NCBI GenBank assembly: GCA_013265495.1
Contig: MU058451.1
Coordinates: 1,196,584-1,260,583 of the forward strand
Direction of reading: 5' to 3'
DNA length: 64,000 bases
Source: Vicugna vicugna
Lineage: Eukaryota
The first letter of the stretch is position 1. Every line of letters starts with the position of its first letter. The notes beneath the pieces were generated by a model that worked only from the letters and a program-made list of their open reading frames with translations, was not told the DNA's origin and did not search any database. Positions 37,221 to 49,492 of this stretch are shown here, piece by piece. A program made the position numbers and the translations under genes.

Positions 37221-38966
37221 AACCCTCAGGATAGCCCAAGTGGCTAGTACTTATTCAAATGACTGATACGAAAAGTGATGGTTGCAAATTCTAACCAGAG
37301 GTGAAATAAACTCTACTTTAATAAACGACATGCCAGCATCCTCCACCATTCCAGTCACTGGGCAGGGTTTTTATTGCCCCTTATAACTTATAGAAAAATA
37401 CATGGTATTCATTCTGGCAGGGAGGGAGAATAAGGGACAAGTGCTGGAGAAAAGTTGAAATAATTATCATGTCACAGTTGAGAGGTAAAGTGCTATTATT
37501 TAAAGATGTTGTTTTGGAAATTTATATAGGAGGTAAATATGTATATAAAAACAAAGCTAATAAAGTTTCATTTTTTTGAAAAAGCCATTAGATATTGGAA
37601 TGAATTCCTTTCCTCCCTGCACATAAAATAGCAGTAAAACAAAACAAGGCAACATCCTGCAGTCTTATACACTCCTTAGTAGTGTCTCCATTATGGGTTA
37701 CTCTCAGCAATGATCACAGATCGGAATCCCTACGGTTGAGTCACTTATCTGATATGAATGATGTTTACAGACATGTTGAAATTCTCTGTTACCCAAATGG
37801 GGCTTTTGAAGATCGCTTCACTAAAACTGTGCAACTCATTTTGTCAACTGGCTTATAAAAAGAATCCCTGACTGGGGGTCATAATCCCTGCATATGGTTC
37901 CAGAAGCACAGATACTTGCTGCTTGACCTTGGACTCAGTGACTTAAGCTTCGTCGTGGACCTTGGGGACTCAGGTTTCTCATATGTTAAATGGGCTTTTT
38001 TTTTGGCCCTGATTGGTTTATGCCACTTCAAAAAAAATTTTTTTTAAGTGAAATAGCTTTGATAAATACAAAAGGGTATACAAACAGAGGACAAACTAAT
38101 GTGACAATAACACTCTGTCAAAAAGACGTCATTGGATGGGTTGGACTGGTTGTCTATGCTGATTAGTTCGAGGCATCTACAAGGACATGGATCAAGACAC
38201 TGAAAATATGGCCCATGAGAGAAAGGACTTCAGCAATTTAATGGGATAAATTCTTTTGCACTATGACTTAAGTTTCCAAGAAGATCACATCAGCAATGGC
38301 ACATCTTCATGACACTCTGGAATGGCAGGCAGCCTTTTTAAAAAGCGTGAGCAACCAGTGGTTTAGACCACGGTTTGAATGCTCAAATCCAGGGCTGGTT
38401 AAGTCTGGACCATTTCATGACTGAGCAGAGCAAAGTGAGTCCTAATTTTACATGACTTGTCGGAAACACACACAGATCAGTAAACACTGAATATTAAATA
38501 CACCATCTGAAGCCGTCATCGGGATAACATAATTGCTCTTGGTGTCTTTTAGACTAAAGGAATCTTTTCACTCTAAATTATATAATAAAACCTATGGTCA
38601 AATACTAATTTTGGGAATCTGAGCTCAAGCCACTAATTTAAACGACATAATCTTTAAATATTTAAATAATATATTTTACTACAGAGTAATTTCGTTGACT
38701 AATTTATTTTTCCTATGCATGTTTTCCAAAGGAAATCAACTTACTCTATTAGAGATTGGATTAAGTAATTAGCAGATTATTCAGGAGGCCAATTATCTAT
38801 TTCAGCAAAATCTGTACAAGGAGGAAAAGGATGTGAAATTTAAGCCAATTGGATTCCTATCTTTTTGGAATTGGTAAAAGACTTGAAGCAGTAGGGAAAA
38901 AAAAAAAGAAAAAATTACTTTATATATTTTATGTCAGGCAGAGGATGTGAAGCTGATTTAAATAAA

Positions 38967-39004
38967 TTTAAATTCATTACTATGCTTTAAATTCATTACT
39001 ATGC
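38967..39004. repeat. Perfect 19-bp tandem duplication
   Basis: tttaaattcattactatgc twice. Confidence 0.95.
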
Positions 39005-41851
39005 CTATCTGGAGAAGACTGGCATTCTGTACTTCATTTGGAAATAATAATATGAATACAAGACATCATGCAAAGGGGGCAATGAAATAATTTTAAACAT
39101 TTGGGTAAAAATGTGTTAAAGCAAAAACCAACCGTACAGAATGAAAAATATTAAAATATTTGCCGAGGAATTTATTTTACCCACAGCTCCTTTGAATTGT
39201 ACTCAAAGTCCCCAAGATGCTTTTTAAAATGTGTACATAAAACATTTAAATATTACAGTTAATGTCTCCATATATTTTTCTTTTTTTACAAATTTCTCAT
39301 CTTCCTAAAACCAAAGGAATATGTAATTATTCACTGAGTAACAACATCATTTAGGGAAAAAAAACTGTATAATATGCCCTTGAAATAACATCTGTTTAGC
39401 ATAATGCAGATAAGAGAACAGTTTTTAATTCATCCATCCACACAGCCACTTAAAGTCTAAGAATAGATAAAGTATAATGTGATTTGCTACGTTTTTGTTG
39501 TGAAACATGATATTAAAATGGTTCAGAAGCTCCCAAACGTGATTTTAAAATTGCATAGGCTTCTACACTTCATTAACAAACTACAGATGGACAGATAATA
39601 AGGCTCTTTATTGGGGAATATGCTATTGTGCAGCTGTTAGCACAATGCAGTAAAGGAGGCCAGTTGCAAATCTCATCAATAGTTCTACCGTTTTCCACCA
39701 CTTGAATGGAAAGTGATAATGTATAGATCTCACAGTCATTAAGAACTTTCCGTTACTCCTTTAGGATTAATTTGCGTTGACCCAGAGTTTTGTATTTGCT
39801 TAACACAAGCCATGGGTTACTTTGATGTTATCTGCTTCTATAAACAGTAATATACAGTCCTCTCCTGGGCTGAAACAGCTCTTTTCCAGTGAGAATTGAC
39901 GGTATTAATCATTCTGAAGTCCAAGAGCGCTGATCATAAATTGTATGCAGGGCCCTCACTTAGTACCTCCCAGGACTCCCATTTATCAGTAATTCCTCTT
40001 TCCCACCTGGATATAAATATATGAAGAACAATTTGTCTCAGAACTTGGGCTCTGTGATCTTCTTGATGTCTAAGTGACAGGAGAACCGTTTTGTTAACAA
40101 ATAAATATTTATTCTCCATTTTTTGAAATAAAGATCTAAATTATCTGCCATTTCTAAAGCCTGATTCCCTCAAGTGGCCAGAAGAGAAAATGCATGGCTT
40201 GCCTGTTTCACGTATGTGAAATAAACCGGGATGGTGGCAGATGAAAGGAATCGTTTTGCAACAACTTTAAAAATAAAAGATAGTAGTTTTAAATCACGTC
40301 CAAGATATCAACACGGACTTCTTTTTACCATACATTAAGGCTAAAAATGGTAGCTTACAATTTATCAACTGTCGGGTCTGAAAAAAAAAGGTGTCTGGAG
40401 AGCACTATTTTTTTAATACAAACTTGCAAAGATCTGCAGAAATTATTTATCCTAAACAAAACCCGAATAATTCAGCTCAAGATCAGTACAAATCAAAAGA
40501 AAACACAGAAGTAAACTTTGTCACGTAGATATTATTAGCAAAGTCTTCCTTCCACACCGCCCACATTAGCTGCTCACTCAGAGAAGTGGTTGAGTTTGGT
40601 ATCTATTTTTCAGGGGAAAATATCCTTATACAGTGTGGAAGAAGATAGGCAAGAGGAACAATAACCAGAAAGAATATTTAGAGACTAACTATTTAGAAAC
40701 CTTTAATTTCAGGGGGTGTTCATTTCTCCATATGACTGATTTGGTAGCTTTGGGGATTTTCCATCACATAAGTGAAAGCAAGCAGACCAATACACAGAGA
40801 CTCAACCTCTTGAACACAGAGACATTTCTGCAACATGTTTGGTTTCACCCCCGGCTTGGCCTGGATTTGTGAATTTCAAAGTTCTCACTGTTTCACTGTG
40901 AACCTGTGGTTTTAAAATTTTGTTGGGCTCTAAACTTATCAGTATGTGAGTTTATTTTATGTTAAGCACCTTCACATTCCAATCCTTAAAAATGCCAATA
41001 GAAACAACAAAAACATAAATAAACTATTGCAATGAGCCAAAAAGATCCAACTGAAGAAGGTAAACCTAAAAAAGTTTAATGGAAAAACGTCTAAGTGGAA
41101 AGGATTAAAAACTTTGCAAACACAATCGTTTTCTTTTTGCTGAAACTATAAACTCCACAATCTTCTTTTTTTTTTAATGTGATCAAAACAAAAACAAAAA
41201 TGGAGAGTGGAAATATGTGAGTCCCCAAATTATTCTACAGACTGTCATTTGATAGTCTCTTTTGGAAGATTAGTTTGTGCTGAGTTCTGCTATCAGAACT
41301 TTCTTGGTATTACTGTAGTTTTGCATCAGATGGGCTGAAGGAACCTTCTTCCCGTGTTAAGATGTGTCTGGGTTTGCCATTTGTAAATTGCACCGTTTGC
41401 GGAGTTGAGCAATGAACCAGTAAAGTCAGGGGCACCTGAGTATTCCTGTTCCTATCTAGAGCTGCCTCCGGCTCCCTATAGGTTGTAATCTGAATGATAC
41501 GAGGGGCTTACTAACCAAGACGTCTCCCCCAAACAGGGACCAGATGTTTGACATTCCATCTCTAGACTCCTTTTGGATTCTTCTCTTTGACATCACGTTG
41601 ACCAAGTGTAACTCCTGGGAGGTACCACACATTCCATTAGTGTACCCAAGAGGCAGGGGTGAGGGAGAGAAGTCAGGAGCACTGGAAGACTGCATAACCT
41701 CTTTACCCATCTCTGTGTGGATATAGGCTCTTCCCACTCCAGACCCCTCTCCCTGCTTCCCAGACAACTGCCAGTCACTCTTCTACATGCATCGAAACAT
41801 CTCATCCCATCCATTATCTTTCATCATTCCCTGCACAGCTGATTAGACCTT

Positions 41852-41903
41852 CACACACACACACACACCCACACACACACACACGCGCGCGCGCGCGCGC
41901 GCG
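41852..41903. repeat. (CA)n(CG)10 compound microsatellite
   Basis: CA run followed by 20 nt of pure CG alternation at 41884-41903. Confidence 0.95.
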
Positions 41904-42559
41904 AGTGCATAAGACTGTCCCAGTGAACTTCTCATCATGCCAAGCTCTTTCATTACTCTTTATTTCACTTTCATTTCTTAACTTCTTTGTATGGCTCGTT
42001 TTTTTCTGCCTGCAGTTCCTTGTCCTATTTTTTTTTTGCTTGTTAAACTCCTACTTCATCCTTCAGGATCCAATTCTAGTGACACTTTCCCAGTGAAATC
42101 TTTCTAAGACCTTTATTTACTATTTACTCATCTATTCAACAAATATTTATTGAGTACTTCCTGTCTGCCGAAAAGAGTCTTAGGTGTGGGGGATGTAATG
42201 GTAAACCAAAACAGACCTATCCAGTTTTTGAGAAACTTCAGGTACAGTGGGAGAAAAAAATATTCATCAAATAATCATCAGAACAAGTGAGAACCTGTAC
42301 CTGTGTCAGTGCTATGGAAGAGTTTCTCGTTGCCATGATTACTAAGATGGGATTCAACCTATCCAAGAGGTCAGGGAAGACATTTCTGTTGAGGTAATGT
42401 TTGTGCTGAGAGTTGGAAGGACAGATTCAAGTTACTAGTTGAGGAGGAGGGGGAGAAAAGAGTGTCCTAGACTGAGGGAATAGCATGTACAAAGGTTGGG
42501 TGGGAAAGGTTATAGCAAAAAGAAGAGAGTAAAAATAAGCCAGAGCTGACTTACACAGT

Positions 42560-43920
42560 GATTCCTTAGATAAAATGTTAAAAGCGCACAGAATAAGAGA
42601 GGAGGATATAGTTCAAGTGGCAGAGTGCATGCTTAGTTAGTATGCACAAGATCCTGGGTTCAATCACCAGTACCTCCTCTAAAAACAAATAAGTAAATAA
42701 AAGTGCACAGAATAAAAGAAAAACAAAAAGATAAGTTGAACTATAAAAGTTAAAAACTTTTGCACTTCCAAAGACACACTAAGAATATGAATATATGTAT
42801 TGGAATGTATGACTGAAGCATTATGCTGTATGCCAGAAACTGACACAACATTATAAACTGACTTTAAAACTTCAACAAAAATATATATTAAAACAAAACA
42901 AGAAATGGATTTAAAAAATTATCAGTAAAAAGCTAAAAAAAAGTGAAAAGATAACCCATAGAATGAGAGAAAATATTCACAAGTCATATATCTGATAAAT
43001 GACTTGGATCAAGAATATATAAAGAGTTCTTACAACTCAATAATGAAAAGACAACCCATTAAAAATGGGCAAATGATCTGAATAGATATTTCTCCAAAGA
43101 AGATATACAAATACTCAATAAACACATGAAAAGATATTAAACTTCATTATTTATCAGGGAATTACAAATCAATACCATGATGAGATACCACTTTAAAGAT
43201 GGCTATACTATGTAGAGAATAACAAGTGTTGACAGGAATGTGGAAAACTTGGAACATTTATACATGGCCGGCAGGAATATAAGAAATTGTGGTGCTACTT
43301 TGGAAAACAGTTTTTCATAAAAGGTTAAACATAGATATCATATGACCCAGCAATTCCACTTCTAAGTATCTCCCCAGGAGCACTGAAAATATATGTCCAC
43401 ACAAAGACTTGCACAGGAACGTTCAGAGTAGAATTATTCCTAATACCCCTGAAATAGAAACCACTCAAATGTCCATCAACTGAGAAATGGATAAACAAAA
43501 TGTGGTCTATCCATACATCCATACAGTAGAATACTATTCTGCAGTAAAGAGAAACGAAGTACTGATAAGTGTTCACAACATGGATGACCCTCAAAACATA
43601 ATGCTCAGAGAAAGAAGCCAGGCACAAAAGGATGCACATTTTATGATTATATTTACATAAAACGTACAGGGAAAAGGCAAATGTGTAAGGATAGAGAGTA
43701 GATTAGTAGTTGTTTGGGTTTTGGGTTTGGGACTGGGGAATGACTGTAGATGGACATAAGGTTTCTTTATAGGGTGATGGAAATGTTCTAAAGTTAGATT
43801 GCGATGATGTTTGTATAACTCTGTAAATATAACAAAATCTTCTGAACTGTACACTTTAAACAGGTTAAGAGTGACTTTTATGGTATGCAGATTATATCTC
43901 AATGAAGCTGTTAAGAAAAG
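42560..43920 (+). mobile_element. L1MB-like 3' end, host of a SINE and a young L1 tip (about 42786-42900)
   Basis: 'atatgacccagcaattccacttctaagtat', 'aaatgtccatcaactga', 'gggtgatggaaatgttctaaagttagatt', 'attatatctcaatgaagctgtta'. Confidence 0.85.
42597..42698 (+). mobile_element. tRNA-derived camelid SINE (Vic-1 type) with a 17-bp TSD
   Basis: 'ggaggatatagttcaagtggcagagtgcatgcttag..gcacaagatcctgggttcaatcaccagtacctcc' plus an A-rich tail. TSD aaaagcgcacagaataa 42580-42596 / aaaagtgcacagaataa 42699-42715 (one CpG transition). Confidence 0.9.
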
Positions 43921-44239
43921 GTATAAGCCTGCATGGCTGGAACCCAAGAGTGAAGCAGACCCAGGGACACCAGAGCAGGGTGATGTTGGGTTTTGTAGGC
44001 TACCATATTAAGGAGCTTTGTTTTCATTCTCAAAGGAGTAGAAAGCAATAAAATGATTTTAACATGGGGTGAGTGATGACGATATAGTTGGATTTGCACT
44101 TTGAAGAACACTGTGGCTACAGGGAACCAAAAACTTACAACTGGAGGTAGACCAGGTAGATTGACTGCATGTGTTCTCACCACATCAATGTTTCTAATTA
44201 TGGAGCTACCATATTCAGTAATGATTTAGGCATTTATCT

Positions 44240-44378
44240 GCCTTTATTTACCCATTTATCCTTTATTCCTGCAGTTCTGGAACGTGGGAATGATGTCTTA
44301 TTCAAACCTTATATTGCCAGTACCCAGCACTTGCCTGGCATTCAGGAGGCTCTGAATGATTATACAATGAATGATATT
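44240..44378 (+). mobile_element. L2 3' end
   Basis: 'ccagtacccagcacttgcctggcattcaggaggctctgaatga'. Confidence 0.6.
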
Positions 44379-46798
44379 GAAAGGAGCAGAGGAACGCAGG
44401 GGAAATCTGACTTCTGGTCTGCCCCTCTCCACTAATTTGATAGGCTGTTAGCCCCGTTCGATAGATTTGCAAATAGGATAACAGTTTGACCTCTAATCAG
44501 AAGATCGCATCATTGTCATGCTTCCCACTCTGCCCTGAACTCTTTTGGAATCAATATTTTAGGCACAAATAAATAAGTAAATTACTATTGTGATAGGAAC
44601 ATATGCTCTGTGTGCCCACTGCAGCTGTTCAAATATTGGTAACAAAATTCTAATTTAGGTATTTTCTAAATTTTGCATACTCTCAGATTGAAGTCTTGAC
44701 AGCCTCTTCTATAGGTTGTTAAGCTGAACAAAATGTTGGTAACATTGATTATGCTACCTATAAAACTGATGCATCAAGGTATACATGAGTGTCTGTGTGT
44801 GTGTGCGTGTGTATACTAATAATATTACAGGAAAGCATCTTTTTTTGAGAGGGTCCTATAAGTGACTATACAATATAATTCACTTTTAAAGGAAAGAAGG
44901 GAATGAGATGGAAAGAAACATGTTCCATAGAATATGTAAAAACAACTCCCAGCCTGCACCCTGCAGGGCCTGTGTTCAACCCAATCACCTACATTTCACA
45001 CATACATATGGTGTTTTGAAAGAGAACACGAGCCCAGAATTAAGATCATGAGACCCTGAATGATCCTAAATGAGAAATAAAGACCCTATTCTGCTGTATA
45101 AAGAGTTATGAATGAAGACAAGAACAAATGAAAAAAAAAACGTTTTTGAAAATTAATTGGCCATCTCCAATATAGTACTATCTCCTATTATTTTATTTAT
45201 TTAAAAGTCAACTTCATACGAATTTGACAAAATTGTAGTAAATTATGCAAAAGAAGGTAACTGGCACCAAATAAGTCCCACAGCACATTTCTCTGTAGTC
45301 ACTGTTTTGCTAGAACCTCTGTTGAGTCTGTACTCCTAACACCAAAGACTTGGGGATCAGTGTAGCATGTATTACTTGTGGTTGCCCTGCGGGTTTTCTC
45401 CATACAGCATTCATGAGCTATTGGGCACAAAAAGCCAGATAGACACTGAAAAGAATCTGTCCCCAAACCATTTCAATCAACCATTCTGTTTTTTTGTTTG
45501 TTTGTTTTTTAAGTCTGGTTGACCAGTCATCTAAATTGACTGACTGCTTTTACATTTGCATCTAGGGAGTAACCATTGGTGAACTTTTTGATTTGCTGTA
45601 ATTAACTGGGCCAAAATCTTTGCTGTTTTAACCAACACAGTTTTCTATTCCACAGAAGTAGTCTGGCATTTTCAAACCACTTCATTACATTTTGGAGAAC
45701 TTCTTTCTAATTTGCTTTTCACATCAAGCTCAACCTACAAGGATCGCCTGGTGTCTACGACTTAGATGTTTTTGAGTAATGTGAAAGAGAAAAAGGCAAA
45801 AGAGGTAAAAATATACGTACACATATTCCTTTCATGTTGCTATCACTCAAAAATAAAAGCAGATTTCTCTCAGATTAGACCCGTACCCACAAATCAACTT
45901 CGGGAAGCATCAAACAGTAATGAGATTTCAAAAGAACATTTCTTAGAAAATCACATAAGCCATTATGATTGGATCCCTAAACAATTTGGAATCCCATCTA
46001 TAGCACTGAGTTTTTATAAAGTCCAGGTGCTGTTTTAAACATTTTAACTTTAATAATTTAGATGATAGGCATGAAATGAACCACCTGCATCTCCCTGATG
46101 CAGTGAATTTCCTTCTCAGAGCTGGCCTGCACTTAAATGCTATAAGCCAGGGGGCCAGCTAACCTCCCCATGTGTGATAGCCATCTTTTGTAATAGAATC
46201 TGAAATGAGACTATGTTGTGCAAAGTTGTGTAACGTGGTCTGAAACTTTAATAAACCTGTTTTGAATGCTGTTTAAACCTTGTGGATTTTAAACTCAAGT
46301 TGCTATAGTTGAAAAGTCAGGAAGATTTTATGAAGACCTCATACTTTCAATGACAAAGTCTTCAAATTTTTCAGTAACCTGGAAAGTTCATATTTTAGCT
46401 AACTAGATTTTAAAAAATCCATTAACGGGTGTTGAGAATAGTCCACCCAAAGTTGGCAATATCTCAGGCTGTTCAGAGAGGAACACTGAAGGATATTCTT
46501 AATGAATGCTTAAAGGTGCAGTTAGAATTGGTTGCAGAGCAGAGGTGACACCATGGGTCATGAAATCGTTCCTTGACTTGTGTTTTAAAGCCAGAAACAA
46601 ACAGAGCTAGCTCTTTTGGACATCTCATTAGTATCCAAGGAGAGACTTAAAGGCAAGTCAGAATGGTACTCACCTCTGCAGCCCGAGGCCACCTTCAGCA
46701 AGTCGGAGACAAGTGGATAATGGTTATCAGGATGCAGTCAAGTATTTTGGAGAACCGTTTAAAAGAGGAATGACCAGTGTCAGCAAATGGAGCAAGGA

Positions 46799-46811
46799 TG
46801 CTGAGTCAGCT
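46799..46811. promoter_or_regulatory. MARE/ARE-like site
   Basis: TGCTGAGTCAGCT, 12/13 match to the T-MARE consensus TGCTGA(G/C)TCAGCA. Confidence 0.4.
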
Positions 46812-47714
46812 TGCAGAATCAGTAGTGAGGCAAAAGTCATCAAGAATAGGAAGATATCACAAGGAGAGAGGGGTCGCACCTGGCACCTTGCCCCTCTATC
46901 TCACGACAACATCGGGGTTTCACTCCGAACCCACCAGTCTCCGTGGGGTGCTGGGCCAGCAGATGTTCCTCCTTGGAGGTCCTCAGGGACTCGGGCTTTG
47001 GGTCAGACGGGTGCACAAGCCAAGTGGCCACTTTGCAATGCTTAGACTTGGCACTTCTGTCCTCGAACTCATGCAGCTTGCACCTCTGTCTGCCAGACAC
47101 TGCAATTTCAGGCAGATAAAAACAAGACTGCTAAGTAAAAGGTAATGCTATTGGAAAGAACAATTCAGCGACTTAATGCAATGATGAGTTCTGGGTTCAT
47201 TTTAACATGTCAAGGGGAAAAAAAAATGGTCTAGCCATGCATGATGAAACAACTTTGACAGCTCGATGGAAGTTTAGTAGGTAGTGGCTGGTGCAGCCTG
47301 AACTCAGTCAGCTGCATGGAAACGGAGCCAGGCGCTCATCTAGTTCCGGAAAGTCATGGATGCCCAAGTGATACCGCCCAAATACCCCAGCAGAATACAA
47401 TTCCGTGACCACAGCCTGTATGGTGAAGGCACACTGGTCAAAATGGAAACTATCAAGCCATTTAAGAGCCATGTTATAGCATTACTATATATGTATGTGC
47501 ACACACGTATGTATATACACACATACATATGCATGTATGGGTGTCCACATCCTCACACACACACTTTAGTCATTTTGCAATTAGAAAATACATGATAGAA
47601 ATAAAATTAAGGACCATTAATATCCTTCAGCTCTGAAACTGTGGCAGAGTGGGGGATTCATTTATCCTTTGAAACAGAAACACTGAAAATTTAACTTAGG
47701 TTAGAAAAACCCCA

Positions 47715-47910
47715 ACTCAGTTCAATAAACATTTATTGAGCACCTACTAGGGACTAGGGTGGGTGTTACAAAAAGATGCATAAAATATAGGCCCCACCAG
47801 AATCTAGTAAGGGAGAAAGACTTGTATAAATAACTAATTATAATAAAAGAAAGAGGGTGAGGCTGCTTTCAGTAGAGGTACCCACAAAATGCTAAGAAGG
47901 TACTGTGGAG
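47715..47910 (-). mobile_element. L2 3' end
   Basis: 'ttcaataaacatttattgagcacctacta'. Confidence 0.65.
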
Positions 47911-48084
47911 GATGGCTTTATTCTATAGCATTTCTGTAAAACATCAGCAATGTGCCACCTCATGTGTGTCACTGTTGTGTCTAATGCCTAATGCTACAGT
48001 AGAAACAACTGAAGCTGTCAGGTCAATTCAGTCTTGCGATTCAGAGTGTAGACACCTTAGGGTCAATCAACAACTCAGGGTTCA

Positions 48085-48700
48085 GGCTCTGTTATTGGCA
48101 AGGTCAAATTTATACTGAACTTTCTCCTTTCTCAGGGGACCTCAGGGGGCTTCTGAGTGTAGGGGAGGCTGTCTGGATATCAGGGTGTTGCCTCTCTCCT
48201 CTCCGGTCTCTGTTGAGATATCTTCGCCCAGGTGGGCTATCGCTCTAGCCTGGGTCCTGCAGTAGCAGCAGCTGCTGTACGTGGCCTCATCTGCCCATGG
48301 GCAGCGCCAGCACCTCCTGCTGTCTGAGCACTCTACACCGTCCTCTTCTTACCCAGCACTGAGAAGACCCCAAATGCGTGCATGGGGTTATATGCCTGCA
48401 GGCACTCCCCCAAGCCAGGGGTAGGGCGCCGGCGATGGAGGGCGTTGCATTGGGCTTGCTCTCACGCTGAATATTCCACGCTGCCTGTTGTCTTTATCAC
48501 ATCCACGCATCCAAAAATGGGAAGTGCTGTGAGGCTACCTCCTCCCAGAATTGCAGGTGGGAGGCAGGGCCAGATCTCTTCCGCTCTCAGCATCCTAATC
48601 TGGAACTCAATCTTGGGGCTTCTCTCGCCCTTTGTAGGTAACAACCCAGGTGCAGGTGTCAAGGAACACACTCAGTCACAATCTGGGCTTCCTCTCCTTT
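48085..48700. mobile_element. Possible old LTR (family not determined)
   Basis: GC-rich block starting near 'tgttattggcaaggtcaaatttatactgaac', reminiscent of ancient ERVL/Gypsy-type LTR ends. No TSD seen. Confidence 0.25.
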
Positions 48701-48746
48701 TATCTCCAGCCTCCTCCACTCAGACTTGGACAGAGTTTAAGAAAGA

Positions 48747-48754
48747 TGACGTCA
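48747..48754. promoter_or_regulatory. Full palindromic CRE
   Basis: TGACGTCA with its CpG retained. Confidence 0.3.
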
Positions 48755-49329
48755 CATCCAGTATGCTCTCTTTTCTGGCTTAAAGACCCTTTCTTGATAT
48801 TTAAAGGAAGTGTTTGAAATTCAGGAAAAAACTTTTACTCTCAAGAGCCAAGCTCCTGCAAATCAGATCTTTGACTTCAAACCTAGGTACCCAGTTATTG
48901 TCTAAAATTGCCCTCATATTTTCGGTCGCATTCATCCTCCGAAGAAGCAGTCAGTAGATGCCTCAGGCAGAGCCGCAGAGTTCTAGCACATCCCAGGTAG
49001 TGAGTATATCCCTCTGGATGGGCTATCTGCATCTTTCATTGTCTGAATTATTTTACAACTCTGAACGTTGTAGACAACTGATGCCATGCAAATGATTCTT
49101 GTTCATTGGGATGCAGATAAAGTTTCTCTGGTGGAGATACAACCATTTTGCATGTATTAGCAAATTCATTCCAGCATTTGTAAAGGCATTCATATGTGTG
49201 TAGATCTGAATTCTCCTTTGTGCCCATTATAACAGCTAAGGTTTTCCTTATTCACTAATGAGTTAAAAAACTCTTTGACGTGCATTCACTTTATATTTGT
49301 ATGAGAATTATTTTACCTTTGTTAACAAT

Positions 49330-49492
49330 TACTCTTTAACCATTTCTAAGTCCCATTGAACTGATGAGGGGATTAAGGTTCAAAGAAACTCGTCAAAGTG
49401 CCCAAGGTTAGCCAAGTGGTAACTGACAGAAGGAAAATGTGAACTTATTTGACCCCAGATTCAAGCTCCTTAATGCTGTACTGCTCTCTGAT
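49330..49492 (-). mobile_element. MIR
   Basis: 'tcccattgaactgatgaggggattaagg..tgcccaaggttagcc..gctccttaatgctgtactgc'. Confidence 0.65.

Larger units (their letters stand above)
42115..44165 (-). mobile_element. L2 split by an L1MB insertion (about 42115-42555 and 43925-44165)
   Basis: 3' end 'tattcaacaaatatttattgagtac', then 'ggtcagggaagacatttctg' and 'gggaatagcatgtacaaagg'; resumes with 'aaggagctttgttttcattctcaa..gatttgcactttgaagaacactgtggct'. Confidence 0.75.

Noticed and set aside
42597..42680. tRNA gene (A/B-box-like sequence, also at 23257-23330)
   Set aside because: The A-tail, TSDs and indels identify both as SINE copies; no intact cloverleaf is present.
48382..48783. 133-aa ATG-initiated ORF
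   Set aside because: No recognisable homology, and it overlaps a probable old LTR-like GC-rich block.
49361..49394. Hammerhead-like CTGATGA...GAAAC..GTC
   Set aside because: Stems I and II cannot pair and the stem III loop is too short. The sequence is a diverged MIR core (cagatgaggaaactgagg).
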